This document shows, in pieces, positions 37,691 to 47,496 of a stretch of DNA of 64,000 bases. The stretch is from an uncultured Dehalococcoidia bacterium (GTDB taxonomy: Bacteria; Chloroflexota; Dehalococcoidia; Lucifugimonadales; UBA2985), in contig CAZNIG010000009.1 in the NCBI GenBank assembly GCA_964573055.1, positions 103 through 64,102 on the forward strand. The letters run 5' to 3'. The notes beneath the pieces are model-generated. The model saw only the letters and a list, made by a program, of their open reading frames with translations, had not been told where the DNA came from and ran no database searches. The translations under genes and the position numbers were made by a program. Position 1 is the first letter of the stretch; each line of letters begins with the position of its first letter.

Positions 37691-38518
37691 ATGCCCAAAA
37701 TTCGCATAGGCCATAGCCCGGACGCGGACGATGCTTTCATGTACTACGCCATTGCCCACGGCAAAGTTAAGGTGGGCGAATACGAAGTAGAGCACGTTCT
37801 AGAAGACATCGAAAGTCTAAACTTGAGAGCTGTCAAAGGAGAGCTAGAGGGAACTGCTATATCTGCAGGCGCCTATCCGACGGTAGAAGACAAATACCGT
37901 ATCATGCGCGTCGGAGCCTCTATAGGTCGAAACTACGGCCCGTTGGTAGTAGCTAAATCTGATCGAGGGAACATCCCCCTCGATGGGTCACGGATAGCCA
38001 TACCAGGAAAGTACACCACAGCATATCTGCTGCTCCGAATATATGCTAACGGATTCGAACCAGTCCCAATGGACTTTGACGTTATTATACCTGCTGTACA
38101 AGAAGGAAAGGTGGATGCCGGCCTGCTTATACACGAAGGGCAGGTGACCTATCAAGATGAAGGCTTAATAAAGCTCCTAGATGTTGGCGAGGCCTGGGGG
38201 CAAGACACAGGTCTACCAATTCCTTTAGGCCTGGATATGGTAAGGCGTGATTTAGGTGAGGAAATGGCACAATTGATGGCGGAAACACTCAAGGAAAGCA
38301 TTCAATATGCCTTTGATCACGAAGACGAAGCCTTAGACTACGCCATACAATTTAGCCGAGGAACAGAAAGAGAAATATGTAGGCAATTCGTTCGCATGTA
38401 TGTAAACGAGGACACGCTAGATATGGGCGAAGAAGGCCGTCTCGCACTGGAAACACTATACACACGAGCAAAAGCCATGGGGGTAATAAACGAGATACCA
38501 AAGCTAGATCTCGTCTAG
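37691..38518 (+). CDS. MqnA/MqnD/SBP-family protein (futalosine-pathway menaquinone biosynthesis-like periplasmic-binding fold)
   Basis: The IRIGHSPDADDAFMYYA N-terminus is characteristic of this family. The exact enzyme (MqnA vs MqnD vs other) is not resolvable by eye. Confidence 0.6.
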   Translation: MPKIRIGHSPDADDAFMYYAIAHGKVKVGEYEVEHVLEDIESLNLRAVKGELEGTAISAGAYPTVEDKYRIMRVGASIGRNYGPLVVAKSDRGNIPLDGSRIAIPGKYTTAYLLLRIYANGFEPVPMDFDVIIPAVQEGKVDAGLLIHEGQVTYQDEGLIKLLDVGEAWGQDTGLPIPLGLDMVRRDLGEEMAQLMAETLKESIQYAFDHEDEALDYAIQFSRGTEREICRQFVRMYVNEDTLDMGEEGRLALETLYTRAKAMGVINEIPKLDLV

Positions 38519-38524
38519 CACCGA

Positions 38525-39118
38525 TTGGCCCAAGACTTATACTTTCAGAAGAAACTGGTGGATCATATCAGTTCAGAAAAACGTGTACCTTGTGAAGAGA
38601 ATCTATTCCATACTACCTTTCTGACATCACAAGGCTGGGTTGGCTTGTTGGGATCAAGTATAGGGGTAAGGCGGTTGACGCTCCCACAAACATCTGAACT
38701 ACAGGCATTGTTTGACCTAGACCCTTATGGAAGGGTTAAGAATTCGACTTACAAACAACACACCACTCTAGAGCTACCGCTGAGAATTCAAAAATACATG
38801 GATGGAGAAGCCATCTTATTCCCTGACTCACTAGATCTTGTTGGCACCTCATTCCAGATAGCTGTATGGAATATAGCCAGAAGGATTCCTTTGGGAGAAA
38901 CTCGAAGTTATTCATATATCGCGAAACAAATTGGCAGCCCTAAAGCAGCTAGGGCAGTAGGCCAGGCCATGAAGGCCAATCCTGTGCCATTGATAATCCC
39001 TTGCCATAGGGTTATAGGCTCAGATGGAGCAATTGGTGGATTTAGCGGAACCACAAGAATTGCTCTCAAAGAGATATTACTACAACAAGAGCAAACTGTT
39101 GTAAAAACCTTTGGTTAA
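38525..39118 (+). CDS. ogt: Methylated-DNA--protein-cysteine methyltransferase
   Basis: PCHRVIGSDGAIGGF active-site motif. TTG start 6 nt after the upstream stop. Confidence 0.8.
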   Translation: MAQDLYFQKKLVDHISSEKRVPCEENLFHTTFLTSQGWVGLLGSSIGVRRLTLPQTSELQALFDLDPYGRVKNSTYKQHTTLELPLRIQKYMDGEAILFPDSLDLVGTSFQIAVWNIARRIPLGETRSYSYIAKQIGSPKAARAVGQAMKANPVPLIIPCHRVIGSDGAIGGFSGTTRIALKEILLQQEQTVVKTFG

Positions 39119-39207
39119 AAGGTGAAAGAGAAAATCCTAGCGAAACCTGCCATCACTAATTCAAGCGATCCTTATGGATACTTATCCCGAGCTTTGGATA
39201 ATAATGG

Positions 39208-39236
39208 TTGACTGGTCAGCTGAAGGTAGTTAAAAT
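39208..39236 (+). promoter_or_regulatory. Candidate promoter (TTGACT-N17-TAAAAT) of metallophosphoesterase paralog 1
   Basis: TTGACT at 39208-39213 and TAAAAT at 39231-39236. Confidence 0.4.
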
Positions 39237-39311
39237 GCGCGGGTCGGAGCCCCAAATGTTTCATTACAATCACCTGCACATTACGTCATAGACCTACAGG
39301 AATCCTTAAAC

Positions 39312-39869
39312 ATGCGAATCGGAATCATATCTGATACACATAACCCATCCGTAGGAAAAGAACCTCCACCAGAGGTGGCCAAAGCATTCTCGGGTGTAGA
39401 CCTAATTCTTCATGCCGGAGACATCTACCAGCCTACATGCTTGGATTGGCTGGAACGCATAGCTCCGGTAAAGGCCGTAGAACTAGGGTCAGAGGCCCAT
39501 TTCAGCAACGATCCACGAGTCGAAGAGATGCAGGTTTTTGAACTTGAAGGATATACGTTCGGTATGATCCACGATCTTATGCTACCAGGGATGAGCACAG
39601 AGGTATTACCTGGAGTGATAGAAAGCAGGTTTCCATCTTCAATTAGCCTGGCCGACTCGGTTAGTGAGGTCTTTAGCGCCCCTGTAGACACTGTTATATT
39701 CGGCCACACTCACTACGCTGTAGCGGAAGAACACCAAGGGATATTACTGGTAAATCCAGGTAGCCCGTCACTCCCGCGTATGCTAAGAAAGCTTGGCCAG
39801 GTTGCAATATTAGAGGTGTCTAACGGAAAACGCGATGCCAAGATTATAGAACTATCTAACTATAGTTGA
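39312..39869 (+). CDS. YfcE/MJ0936-like metallophosphoesterase family protein, paralog 1
   Basis: Motif order ISDTH, HAGD, IHD, FGHTH, NPGS; 185 aa. Confidence 0.75.
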   Translation: MRIGIISDTHNPSVGKEPPPEVAKAFSGVDLILHAGDIYQPTCLDWLERIAPVKAVELGSEAHFSNDPRVEEMQVFELEGYTFGMIHDLMLPGMSTEVLPGVIESRFPSSISLADSVSEVFSAPVDTVIFGHTHYAVAEEHQGILLVNPGSPSLPRMLRKLGQVAILEVSNGKRDAKIIELSNYS

Positions 39870-40087
39870 TTTCCAAATTATGCCGACGATATATTGATCA
39901 ATAGGATACCCAATAACCCGACCTGCACACTTTGACGATAGCGCAACGATACAAATACTTAATTACTTAATGCACAATATATTCACAGCTTAGACACCTT
40001 CCAATCAGGGTATACTGTGGTGAGTCTTCCAAATATCAATAAACACGCTATAAATAGCTAAACCGCTAAGAAGGCTAGGAGGTAATT

Positions 40088-40639
40088 GTGCGAATTGGCC
40101 TAATCTCAGACACACACATTCCGGGTGGAGCTGCGGAAATTCCAGAAGCAGTATCCAATGTATTTTCAGGAGTAGATCTCATTCTTCACTCTGGCAATAT
40201 CTACAAGCCCGATATACTCGATCAACTCGAGACAATTGCTCCTGTAAAGGCGGCCGGCAGCGTGGACAGAGATCACCAATGCAGGGACGATCCCAGGGTA
40301 GAAGAAAAGCAAATCCTGAATATAGAAGGCCATAGTATCGGAGTAGTTCATGATTTGATTTTGCCAGGATGGGGAGGAGACGTATATCCGGGTTCAATTG
40401 AGGCATATTTGTCGGATATATCGATACCAGCCGTAATGGAGGAAATTTTCGGAACTGCTGTCGATATCGTTATATTTGGCCATTCGTGTAGGGTAACTAT
40501 CGAAGAGCATGGCGAAGTTCTACTTATAAATCCAGGGAGCCCAACCCTTCGTAATCAGCTAAGAATGATAGGCCATGTGGCTATTCTGGACTTAAAGCCA
40601 GGAGAACGTCACGTACAATCTATTGACCTATCTGCCTAG
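40088..40639 (+). CDS. YfcE/MJ0936-like metallophosphoesterase-fold protein, paralog 2 (degenerate motifs)
   Basis: ISDTH is present, but HSGN replaces HxGD and FGHSCR replaces GHTH. AGGAGG SD with a GTG start. Confidence 0.7.
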   Translation: MRIGLISDTHIPGGAAEIPEAVSNVFSGVDLILHSGNIYKPDILDQLETIAPVKAAGSVDRDHQCRDDPRVEEKQILNIEGHSIGVVHDLILPGWGGDVYPGSIEAYLSDISIPAVMEEIFGTAVDIVIFGHSCRVTIEEHGEVLLINPGSPTLRNQLRMIGHVAILDLKPGERHVQSIDLSA

Positions 40640-40868
40640 CCGAGCATCTACTGTTGCTTACAAACAAGGATAACCATATTGTCCCAAATAGTACATAACA
40701 GTTCTCGAATATAAGAAACAGGACCTAAAACAAAGGATATGCCGAACCACGCGGTTAAGGTAAGCAAAATTTGTCCCGCAAATTCCGCAGTGGGCCTGAC
40801 AGTAACCTACCCGTGACCTAACTAATGCCCGGCGCCACCCAGGAAAAGCGTTGATAGCTCCGTAAAGG

Positions 40869-43800
40869 TCAACTAAGAACTTCTAGGTGCACACCAGATT
40901 CACCGACAATATCTACCAATTCCTCATGGAGGTTTTCCCAGTATTCGATAGATACTGAAGGCAACTCTCCTGTGACAAGTTTGCCATCTGTCTTTATCCT
41001 CAAAAACACTGGACTTGTCCCAGGATGATTCATAAGCAATTTCATAACCTCACGAAGCAGATGCTCATCCTTGCCAGGATCGTTAGATTCCTCCAGAGAA
41101 ACCCAAAGTTTCTCGGTGCTCACTCGATTTCTGCCATTCATTCGTACCTTGTCATCATCTACGCCAGTGTTGTCCACTGGAATTATTTCAGCACTATCCC
41201 TCTTAGAAGATAGGTCTTCATTACTAATCATATCCGCCTCAATTTCTGGTATCACATATGGTTTAACTTCATCACATGCTATTGATATTTCCTCGTTTCT
41301 CAATCTAACCTTCCCTCTGATCCATAGCAGAGATCCATCAAGCCACAGATCATGGGTGTCCTGATAAACCTTTGGCCAGACCATCACATCAACACTTCCA
41401 CCCAAGAGATCCAATACCGCTGCAGCGAATGGTTTGCCATCTCGTGTAGTCAGGGAACGAACTGAAGAAACCTGACCAACAATAAGTAACTGCTGATCCA
41501 CCATATCCAGGTCAATCGAATCACGAGATATTACCGCATTATTGGGAACATTGTACGCAAGAGCACTTAGTGGCGTTTCCGAAACAAATGTCCCCAAAAG
41601 TTCCTTTTCCCAAGCAAGCCTTTCCTGCTGTTTCACCTCTCCATACTCCAGTGTAAGCGAGTTGACACTAGCGGGAACGTCATCGCCAAAAAGATCAAAC
41701 ATGTTTGTCTGGCCAGACTCACGTAGGCCGACTTCAATTTGAGATAAGTTCATTATCCTCTCAACACTAGCCAGAAGAGAACCTCTGTGCCCAACACTAT
41801 CAAACCCACCGACTTTCATTAGGCTCTCCATTGCCCTTCTGTTGATGCTCCTCAGATCAGCCCTTCTACATAAATCTTCTACCGTAGTGTATGGGCCATT
41901 ATCTTTACGTTCTCGTACCAAAGGTTCCACTGCGGTATATCCAACATTTTTTACCGCTGCAAGCCCGAAACGAATAGCCGGCTTACCATCAGCACCTATA
42001 TCAACAGAAAATTCACTATCGCTCCGATTCACATCCGGTAGAAGCACTTGAACTCCTAAACGTAAACATTCGGTAACGGCACTGGATATTTTTTCGCCTT
42101 GCCCAGCATTGGCATTCATCACTGAAGCCATATATTCTTCTGGGTAATTTGATTTCAAATAGGCCGTCCAGTAGGCTATCAAAGCGTAGCATACGCTATG
42201 CGCTTTGTTAAAAGCATACCCAGCAAACGGCTCTATCAGCTGGAAAACTTCCTCTGCGAGTTCCCTTGTGAATCCCTTAGACAAAGCTCCTTCAATAAAT
42301 TTCTCCCCTTCATGCTGCATTACCTCAGGAATTTTCTTACCCATTGCCTTACGAACGACATCTGCTTCACCCAAGGAATAGCCAGCAAATGCCTGAGCGA
42401 TCAACAAAACCTGATCTTGATACACTATTACCCCATACGTCTCCTCTAGAATATCCTGCAACATAGAATGTGGATATCTTATTGGTATTTCTCCATGCTT
42501 GGCCCTGATGAAAGTATCTATATGCTCCATTGGACCAGGACGATACAGCGCTATCATGGCAGCTACATCTCCTAAAGAAGATGGCTTTAACTTTTGGATA
42601 TAACGGCGCATACCCGAACTTTCAAGTTGGAAAACACCTGTCGTCTCTCCTGAAGATAGAAGGTCGAATGTCCTGCGATCATCGAGTGGAATCTTAGACA
42701 AGTCTATTGAAACCCCACGCCGTTGAGCTATCATCTGTCTGGCTTTTTCCACTATGGTAAAGTTGGTCAACCCCAGAAGATCCATCTTCAGAAGGCCTAA
42801 TTTTGCAATAGGTTCCATTGGAAACTGCGTCATAGCCATGTCCTCAGAGTCACCTTTAATAGGACGCTGAAGTGGCACGGATTCAACTAGTGGTTCCTTT
42901 GAGATCACTAATGCAGCAGCGTGTGTACTGGCATGGCGAGCAACTCCCTCAAGGCGACGAGCTTTATCCATCAAGTTTTTTAGTGAAGCATCTGATTGAT
43001 AAATCTCCTTCAGCTCTGGATTTACTCGAAGTGCTTCCTCTATGGAATTCACTTTCGAGGGCACAAGATTAACGATCCGGTCCACATCCGAGTAAGCCAT
43101 ACCAAGTGCTCTGCCGGTGTCCCGCAGCGCAGCTCTTGCCCCAAGTGTGCCGAAAGTGATTATTTGTGCCACGTGATCTCCACCGTATTTTCGCCTAACG
43201 TAAGCTATTACTTCATCACGTCGGTCGTCTTGAAAATCCATGTCTATGTCTGGCATCTCCCGACGTTCTAGGTTCAAAAACCGCTCAAAAACCAGGCGAT
43301 ATTGAAGTGGATCTATATCAGTAACCCCAAGGCAATAGAGCACTAGACTGGCAGCAGCGCTCCCTCGAACTCCAAACAAAATATTGCTCTTACGAGCGAA
43401 TGCTGCTATATCCCAGACAACGAGCATATAGTTATCAAACTGTGTTCTAGAGATTACATCAAGTTCATATGAGAGTCTGCTACTTACCTCTGCAGACGGC
43501 TCGCCGTAGTGCCTTCTTATACCTTCTTCACAAAGCAGCTTCAGGTACTCTGCCGCCGTCAAGCTATCAGGAGGTGTATATTCTGGCAGCCGCATCTGAC
43601 TAAAATCTATCTCTATTTCACAAAGGTCAGCTATCTTCTGTGTGTTGGCTACAGCTTCCGGGATATCTGAGAATAGCTCCTCCATCTCTTCCGAGGTTTT
43701 CAGGTAATATGAGTCATCTGACATCTTCAGTCTATTCTCATCCTGAATATTTGCATTGGTCTGTATACAAAGCAAGATATCCTGTATCGAGGCATCTTCC

Positions 43801-44423
43801 TGATATATATAGTGGCTATCGTTAGTAGCGACGACAGGTACCCCAGTCTCATAACTAAGCTCAATAAGTACCTTATTCAGTTTCTCTAGATCCGGAATAT
43901 TTGGATGACGTTGAAGCTCGAGGTAAAACGCTGTGAATGTGTCCTTATACCATTCTATCGCCTGCCTAGCCTCTTCGAGTTTTCCGTCAAGCACCAGTCG
44001 CGGTATTTCAGCATTCAAACATCCAGAAAGTGCTATGAGACCATTAGAATGGGCTCTAAGTAATTCTTTATCTACGCGAGGTTTATAATAAAAGCCTTCC
44101 AGATGACTCTTGGAAGATAGCTTCAGCAAGTTATTATATCCCTCACTGTTTTGAGCCAAGAGTACCAAATGGTATGGGCTTTTATCCATGGCACCTTTAC
44201 TATGCCGACTACTCTGGGCAACGTAAGCCTCCAGACCAATGATTGGCTTTATACCAGCTTCCCTGCACTCAGTATAAAATTCTATCGCCCCATAGAGACC
44301 ACCATGGTCAGTAATTGCCAGAGCGTCCATACCAAGATCACGCGCTCTGTGGACCATAGCACCTATCCTACTAAGTCCATCCAGCAAGCTGTACTCGGTA
44401 TGATTATGCAAATGCGTAAACAT
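40869..44423 (-). CDS. dnaE: DNA polymerase III subunit alpha
   Basis: 1184 aa. N-terminal PHP domain (FTHLHNHTEYSLLDG), with polymerase core and OB-fold regions. Confidence 0.95.
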   Translation of the reverse strand: MFTHLHNHTEYSLLDGLSRIGAMVHRARDLGMDALAITDHGGLYGAIEFYTECREAGIKPIIGLEAYVAQSSRHSKGAMDKSPYHLVLLAQNSEGYNNLLKLSSKSHLEGFYYKPRVDKELLRAHSNGLIALSGCLNAEIPRLVLDGKLEEARQAIEWYKDTFTAFYLELQRHPNIPDLEKLNKVLIELSYETGVPVVATNDSHYIYQEDASIQDILLCIQTNANIQDENRLKMSDDSYYLKTSEEMEELFSDIPEAVANTQKIADLCEIEIDFSQMRLPEYTPPDSLTAAEYLKLLCEEGIRRHYGEPSAEVSSRLSYELDVISRTQFDNYMLVVWDIAAFARKSNILFGVRGSAAASLVLYCLGVTDIDPLQYRLVFERFLNLERREMPDIDMDFQDDRRDEVIAYVRRKYGGDHVAQIITFGTLGARAALRDTGRALGMAYSDVDRIVNLVPSKVNSIEEALRVNPELKEIYQSDASLKNLMDKARRLEGVARHASTHAAALVISKEPLVESVPLQRPIKGDSEDMAMTQFPMEPIAKLGLLKMDLLGLTNFTIVEKARQMIAQRRGVSIDLSKIPLDDRRTFDLLSSGETTGVFQLESSGMRRYIQKLKPSSLGDVAAMIALYRPGPMEHIDTFIRAKHGEIPIRYPHSMLQDILEETYGVIVYQDQVLLIAQAFAGYSLGEADVVRKAMGKKIPEVMQHEGEKFIEGALSKGFTRELAEEVFQLIEPFAGYAFNKAHSVCYALIAYWTAYLKSNYPEEYMASVMNANAGQGEKISSAVTECLRLGVQVLLPDVNRSDSEFSVDIGADGKPAIRFGLAAVKNVGYTAVEPLVRERKDNGPYTTVEDLCRRADLRSINRRAMESLMKVGGFDSVGHRGSLLASVERIMNLSQIEVGLRESGQTNMFDLFGDDVPASVNSLTLEYGEVKQQERLAWEKELLGTFVSETPLSALAYNVPNNAVISRDSIDLDMVDQQLLIVGQVSSVRSLTTRDGKPFAAAVLDLLGGSVDVMVWPKVYQDTHDLWLDGSLLWIRGKVRLRNEEISIACDEVKPYVIPEIEADMISNEDLSSKRDSAEIIPVDNTGVDDDKVRMNGRNRVSTEKLWVSLEESNDPGKDEHLLREVMKLLMNHPGTSPVFLRIKTDGKLVTGELPSVSIEYWENLHEELVDIVGESGVHLEVLS

Positions 44424-44531
44424 GGCGCCCTCTAGAAGAAGTTGCAGAAATTATAGCACCGCAGGTATTCAACAAGCCAAGATAGCGGGGACACATTTTG
44501 AACCGAAATCCAGCAATACCCGGTATTCCAA

Positions 44532-45755
44532 TTAATCATCACGTATCCCTGTTTCAGGTATCAACAGACCAGCTATTGCCAAGCTCCAACCAAAAACAGC
44601 AAAAATAGCCAGGCCCGGCATCAGGCTCCCAGTAAGATCAGAAACAGCTCCAACCAAAGGTGGAGAAACGAAGCCTGCCACTCCACCGATACTCATCAGG
44701 CATGCAAGAATAACTGCCACTTGACGAGGATCTCCTGTGTGCAATTCCATAGCGACAGTGACTAGAGCAGGAACATAAAACCAACATGCGAACCCCAAAA
44801 AAACCACTGCAATATACGGAGGCAGCAGATCTACCAGCAATAAAGAAGCTAATGCCGCAAATCCTGCGATCATGCCTGGCAATATTAGGAATGGCCTTCT
44901 AAGCTTGAACCATATGGGTAGTACACTTGCTAGTATCAAAGCCACGAAACCTGAAATTGATAACAACCCCATTAGAGTCCCGCCATCAGATAACCCCATC
45001 CCATGTTCTCTATAATAGAATGTAGGTAACCATGCCTGTGATACACTAAGGAGTGCTAATGGGCCTGCATCGGCTATCCCCACAAGTATAGTGTTACGGC
45101 TCCGTAGTACACCCCAAACGCTTCCATTAATAGACTGTCCGCTTATATTATCTCCAACTTGGATTGTTCTGGCTTTACCAAAACTTAACCACATCATCAC
45201 CCCAAAGGCTGAGACACCTCCAAAGACACTTAAAGCCATCTCCCAACCAACGGCCTCGGATAATTGGACTATCGTCATATTAGAAACGACCACCCCCAAG
45301 CTAGCACATAGCATGAATACTCCATTAACCATTGGAAGTTCCCTAGAATTAAACCACTGCATCAACAATGGCCCGACAGCCGGCCACATTAAAACCATCC
45401 CTACTCCGTAGATCGCTCTAAGAGAAAGAACTAGAAAAAAACTTTCCGCGACAATGAAAGTCAGCAATGTTGCAGATCCAGTTACAGCTGCCAAGGTTAT
45501 GAGCCTCTTCAACCCAATACGACCGACCAGCGTACTCGCAGGGACAGCAAATGGGATTTGGACGAGGAATATTACACTACTGAGAAGACCTGCCATACTG
45601 TTACTGGTGCCATATTGGTCAATAATCATTGGTACTATAGGACCAGTGGCAAACATATTAACGCTCATCGAAAATGCCAGAAACCCAAGCAAGCCAGCAA
45701 TAACAAAACGATATCTGCTAGCTTTCTGACAACGTGTATCTGCTAAATTGAGCAT
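44532..45755 (-). CDS. MFS transporter
   Basis: 12-TM architecture; 407 aa. Confidence 0.75.
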   Translation of the reverse strand: MLNLADTRCQKASRYRFVIAGLLGFLAFSMSVNMFATGPIVPMIIDQYGTSNSMAGLLSSVIFLVQIPFAVPASTLVGRIGLKRLITLAAVTGSATLLTFIVAESFFLVLSLRAIYGVGMVLMWPAVGPLLMQWFNSRELPMVNGVFMLCASLGVVVSNMTIVQLSEAVGWEMALSVFGGVSAFGVMMWLSFGKARTIQVGDNISGQSINGSVWGVLRSRNTILVGIADAGPLALLSVSQAWLPTFYYREHGMGLSDGGTLMGLLSISGFVALILASVLPIWFKLRRPFLILPGMIAGFAALASLLLVDLLPPYIAVVFLGFACWFYVPALVTVAMELHTGDPRQVAVILACLMSIGGVAGFVSPPLVGAVSDLTGSLMPGLAIFAVFGWSLAIAGLLIPETGIRDD

Positions 45756-45846
45756 AAAGATATAACTACGCGGAAAGTCATAGGGGATTACCTGGATATA
45801 ACATGAGGTTCAGACAACAGAAGACCAGATATACTAAATAGTACAA

Positions 45847-46644
45847 CTACATATCTTTATATACTGGCTGTCGCTTTTCAAGAAACGAGCGTACCGCTTC
45901 CATTCTGTCTTGACTACCTGTTGCCGGGCCATTAGCGGAATGTTCCTTCGGCAATATCGTATACAACTCTTCTTCATGCTCGTTTATGAGTCGCTTGATG
46001 GACCTAACAGCAATAGGTGGATTGGATGCTATAGTCTCAGCCAGATTTAGAGCTTCTCCCATAAGACTTTCTGATGGAACCACCATGTTTACTAATCCTT
46101 TTTCCAAAGCCCAATTGGCGTCGTATATATTACCCGTAAGCGCCATTTCTTTAGCTATGCCGTAGCCCACTAGTTTAGGCAAGGTGTAAGAGGAAGCCGT
46201 ATCAGGTACAAGGGATCGCTTGACGAATAGGCAGGAGAACTTGGCATCTTCTGAGGCTATACGTATATCACTAGCAAGCGATATAGCGAGGCCCGCGCCC
46301 GCAGCTATTCCATTAACAGCCGATATAACCGGTTGTGGGATAATGCGGAGATGCGGCCCTAATTCAGTAGTCGATGGCCCTCTCAGTTCATCACCCGGCT
46401 CCACCACACCCTCTAAGCTTTGAAGTTGGCCACGTACATCTGCTCCAGAGCAGAAACCTCTGCCCTCACCTGTAATCACAAGCACGCGCAGGTTCTTATC
46501 ATCTCCGATTTCGTCGAGAGCCTCGTGAAACTGAACGACGAGATCCCGATTCAAAGCATTCAACTTATCGGGGCGGTTGAGCGTTAGTATTGCCACGTAG
46601 CCAGACCGCTCAAGCTTGAGAAGGCTATAGTCGGATTCAGACAT
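45847..46644 (-). CDS. Enoyl-CoA hydratase/isomerase (crotonase) family protein
   Basis: LNRPDKLNAL, FCSGADV and INGIAAGAGL motifs. Confidence 0.85.
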   Translation of the reverse strand: MSESDYSLLKLERSGYVAILTLNRPDKLNALNRDLVVQFHEALDEIGDDKNLRVLVITGEGRGFCSGADVRGQLQSLEGVVEPGDELRGPSTTELGPHLRIIPQPVISAVNGIAAGAGLAISLASDIRIASEDAKFSCLFVKRSLVPDTASSYTLPKLVGYGIAKEMALTGNIYDANWALEKGLVNMVVPSESLMGEALNLAETIASNPPIAVRSIKRLINEHEEELYTILPKEHSANGPATGSQDRMEAVRSFLEKRQPVYKDM

Positions 46645-46719
46645 ATCAACGGCACCTCCCCAAGATGGCAGTTATTTCGAAGGCAGCTAACACCAGACCT
46701 AGAACAGCCAGTCAAAGAA

Positions 46720-46753
46720 CCACGGCGCCGGGCATACTGCCTAAACGCCGTGG
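46720..46753 (-). terminator. Possible weak intrinsic terminator after the DUF5679 gene
   Basis: 8-bp inverted repeat CCACGGCG/CGCCGTGG with an 18-nt loop, followed on the minus strand by TTCTTTG. Confidence 0.3.
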
Positions 46754-46871
46754 ATATTAGTTACTAAGGCAATACCACTAAACAATCATTTTCAAGCAAG
46801 GCAAGATGCCAAAACCAGACCTCACGGAGATATTAGCCCTGTCAGATCTGGGAAAATGATTTATGTGTTTG

Positions 46872-47015
46872 TTATGATGCTTTGCCAACGCGGAACATTT
46901 TGGTGCCGCAAGTCGGGCATACACCCTGGGTAGCTGGCCGCCCATTTTTCATGGAAATTGATTGGGTATCTTTCATTTCTCGTTGTGATCGGCACTTGAC
47001 ACAATAACCCTGCAC
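46872..47015 (-). CDS. DUF5679-type small zinc-ribbon protein (47 aa; not in the ORF track)
   Basis: GTG start 6 nt after a GGAGGTGA SD. Translates to MQGYCVKCRSQREMKDTQSISMKNGRPATQGVCPTCGTKMFRVGKAS. The CxxC...CxxC pattern and the KNGRPA..G.CP.CGTKMFR core match my memory of the DUF5679 family. Confidence 0.8.
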   Translation of the reverse strand: MQGYCVKCRSQREMKDTQSISMKNGRPATQGVCPTCGTKMFRVGKAS

Positions 47016-47256
47016 AGGTCACCTCCGTGTTTACTTTGGGGACATTCTACACTAAAAAAAGCGCTCCGTCATGTCAATTCCTTAGAAATTAGATCTATTT
47101 CAGTGCGGACAATAGAACATGATGATATTGAAGTAACCCAATATTATTCTTTAGTGACATTTTGTTAGAGCACCATATACGTAGTATTGGCACCTTATCG
47201 TAGAACGATCAGTGCATTACTTTGTCTGCAGGAACCATCAAGTGATAAGAACCAAG

Positions 47257-47496
47257 TCAAGATTCCTGAATAGAAAATCCAAGTTTCTCTAATTCTGAAC
47301 TTAACGTTTTTGCCCACTCCTCTATAGGGACAGACACAGGCACCACTATTTCTATAACATCAGCCTCTAACTTAAAGACCTTGCCAGGGTCTTCCTTGCC
47401 CAACTCCACGGATACACTTTCGCGGTCAATACCCATCGAATCAGTAACATCAAATATTACTCCCATGTCATACATACTTATTATATCTTCAGTCAT
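47257..47496 (-). CDS. Hypothetical small acidic protein (79 aa)
   Basis: The only plausible ORF in the interval. No family recognised. Confidence 0.35.
   Translation of the reverse strand: MTEDIISMYDMGVIFDVTDSMGIDRESVSVELGKEDPGKVFKLEADVIEIVVPVSVPIEEWAKTLSSELEKLGFSIQES

Noticed and set aside
39272-39929. A shared ACCTGCACA(T/C)T..G.C.ATAG motif upstream of metallophosphoesterase paralogs 1 (39272-39280) and 2 (39921-39929), considered as a common operator.
   Set aside because: A 9-mer match between two 200-bp regions has roughly a 10-15% chance expectation. It could equally be a remnant of the tandem duplication. It is absent upstream of paralog 3.
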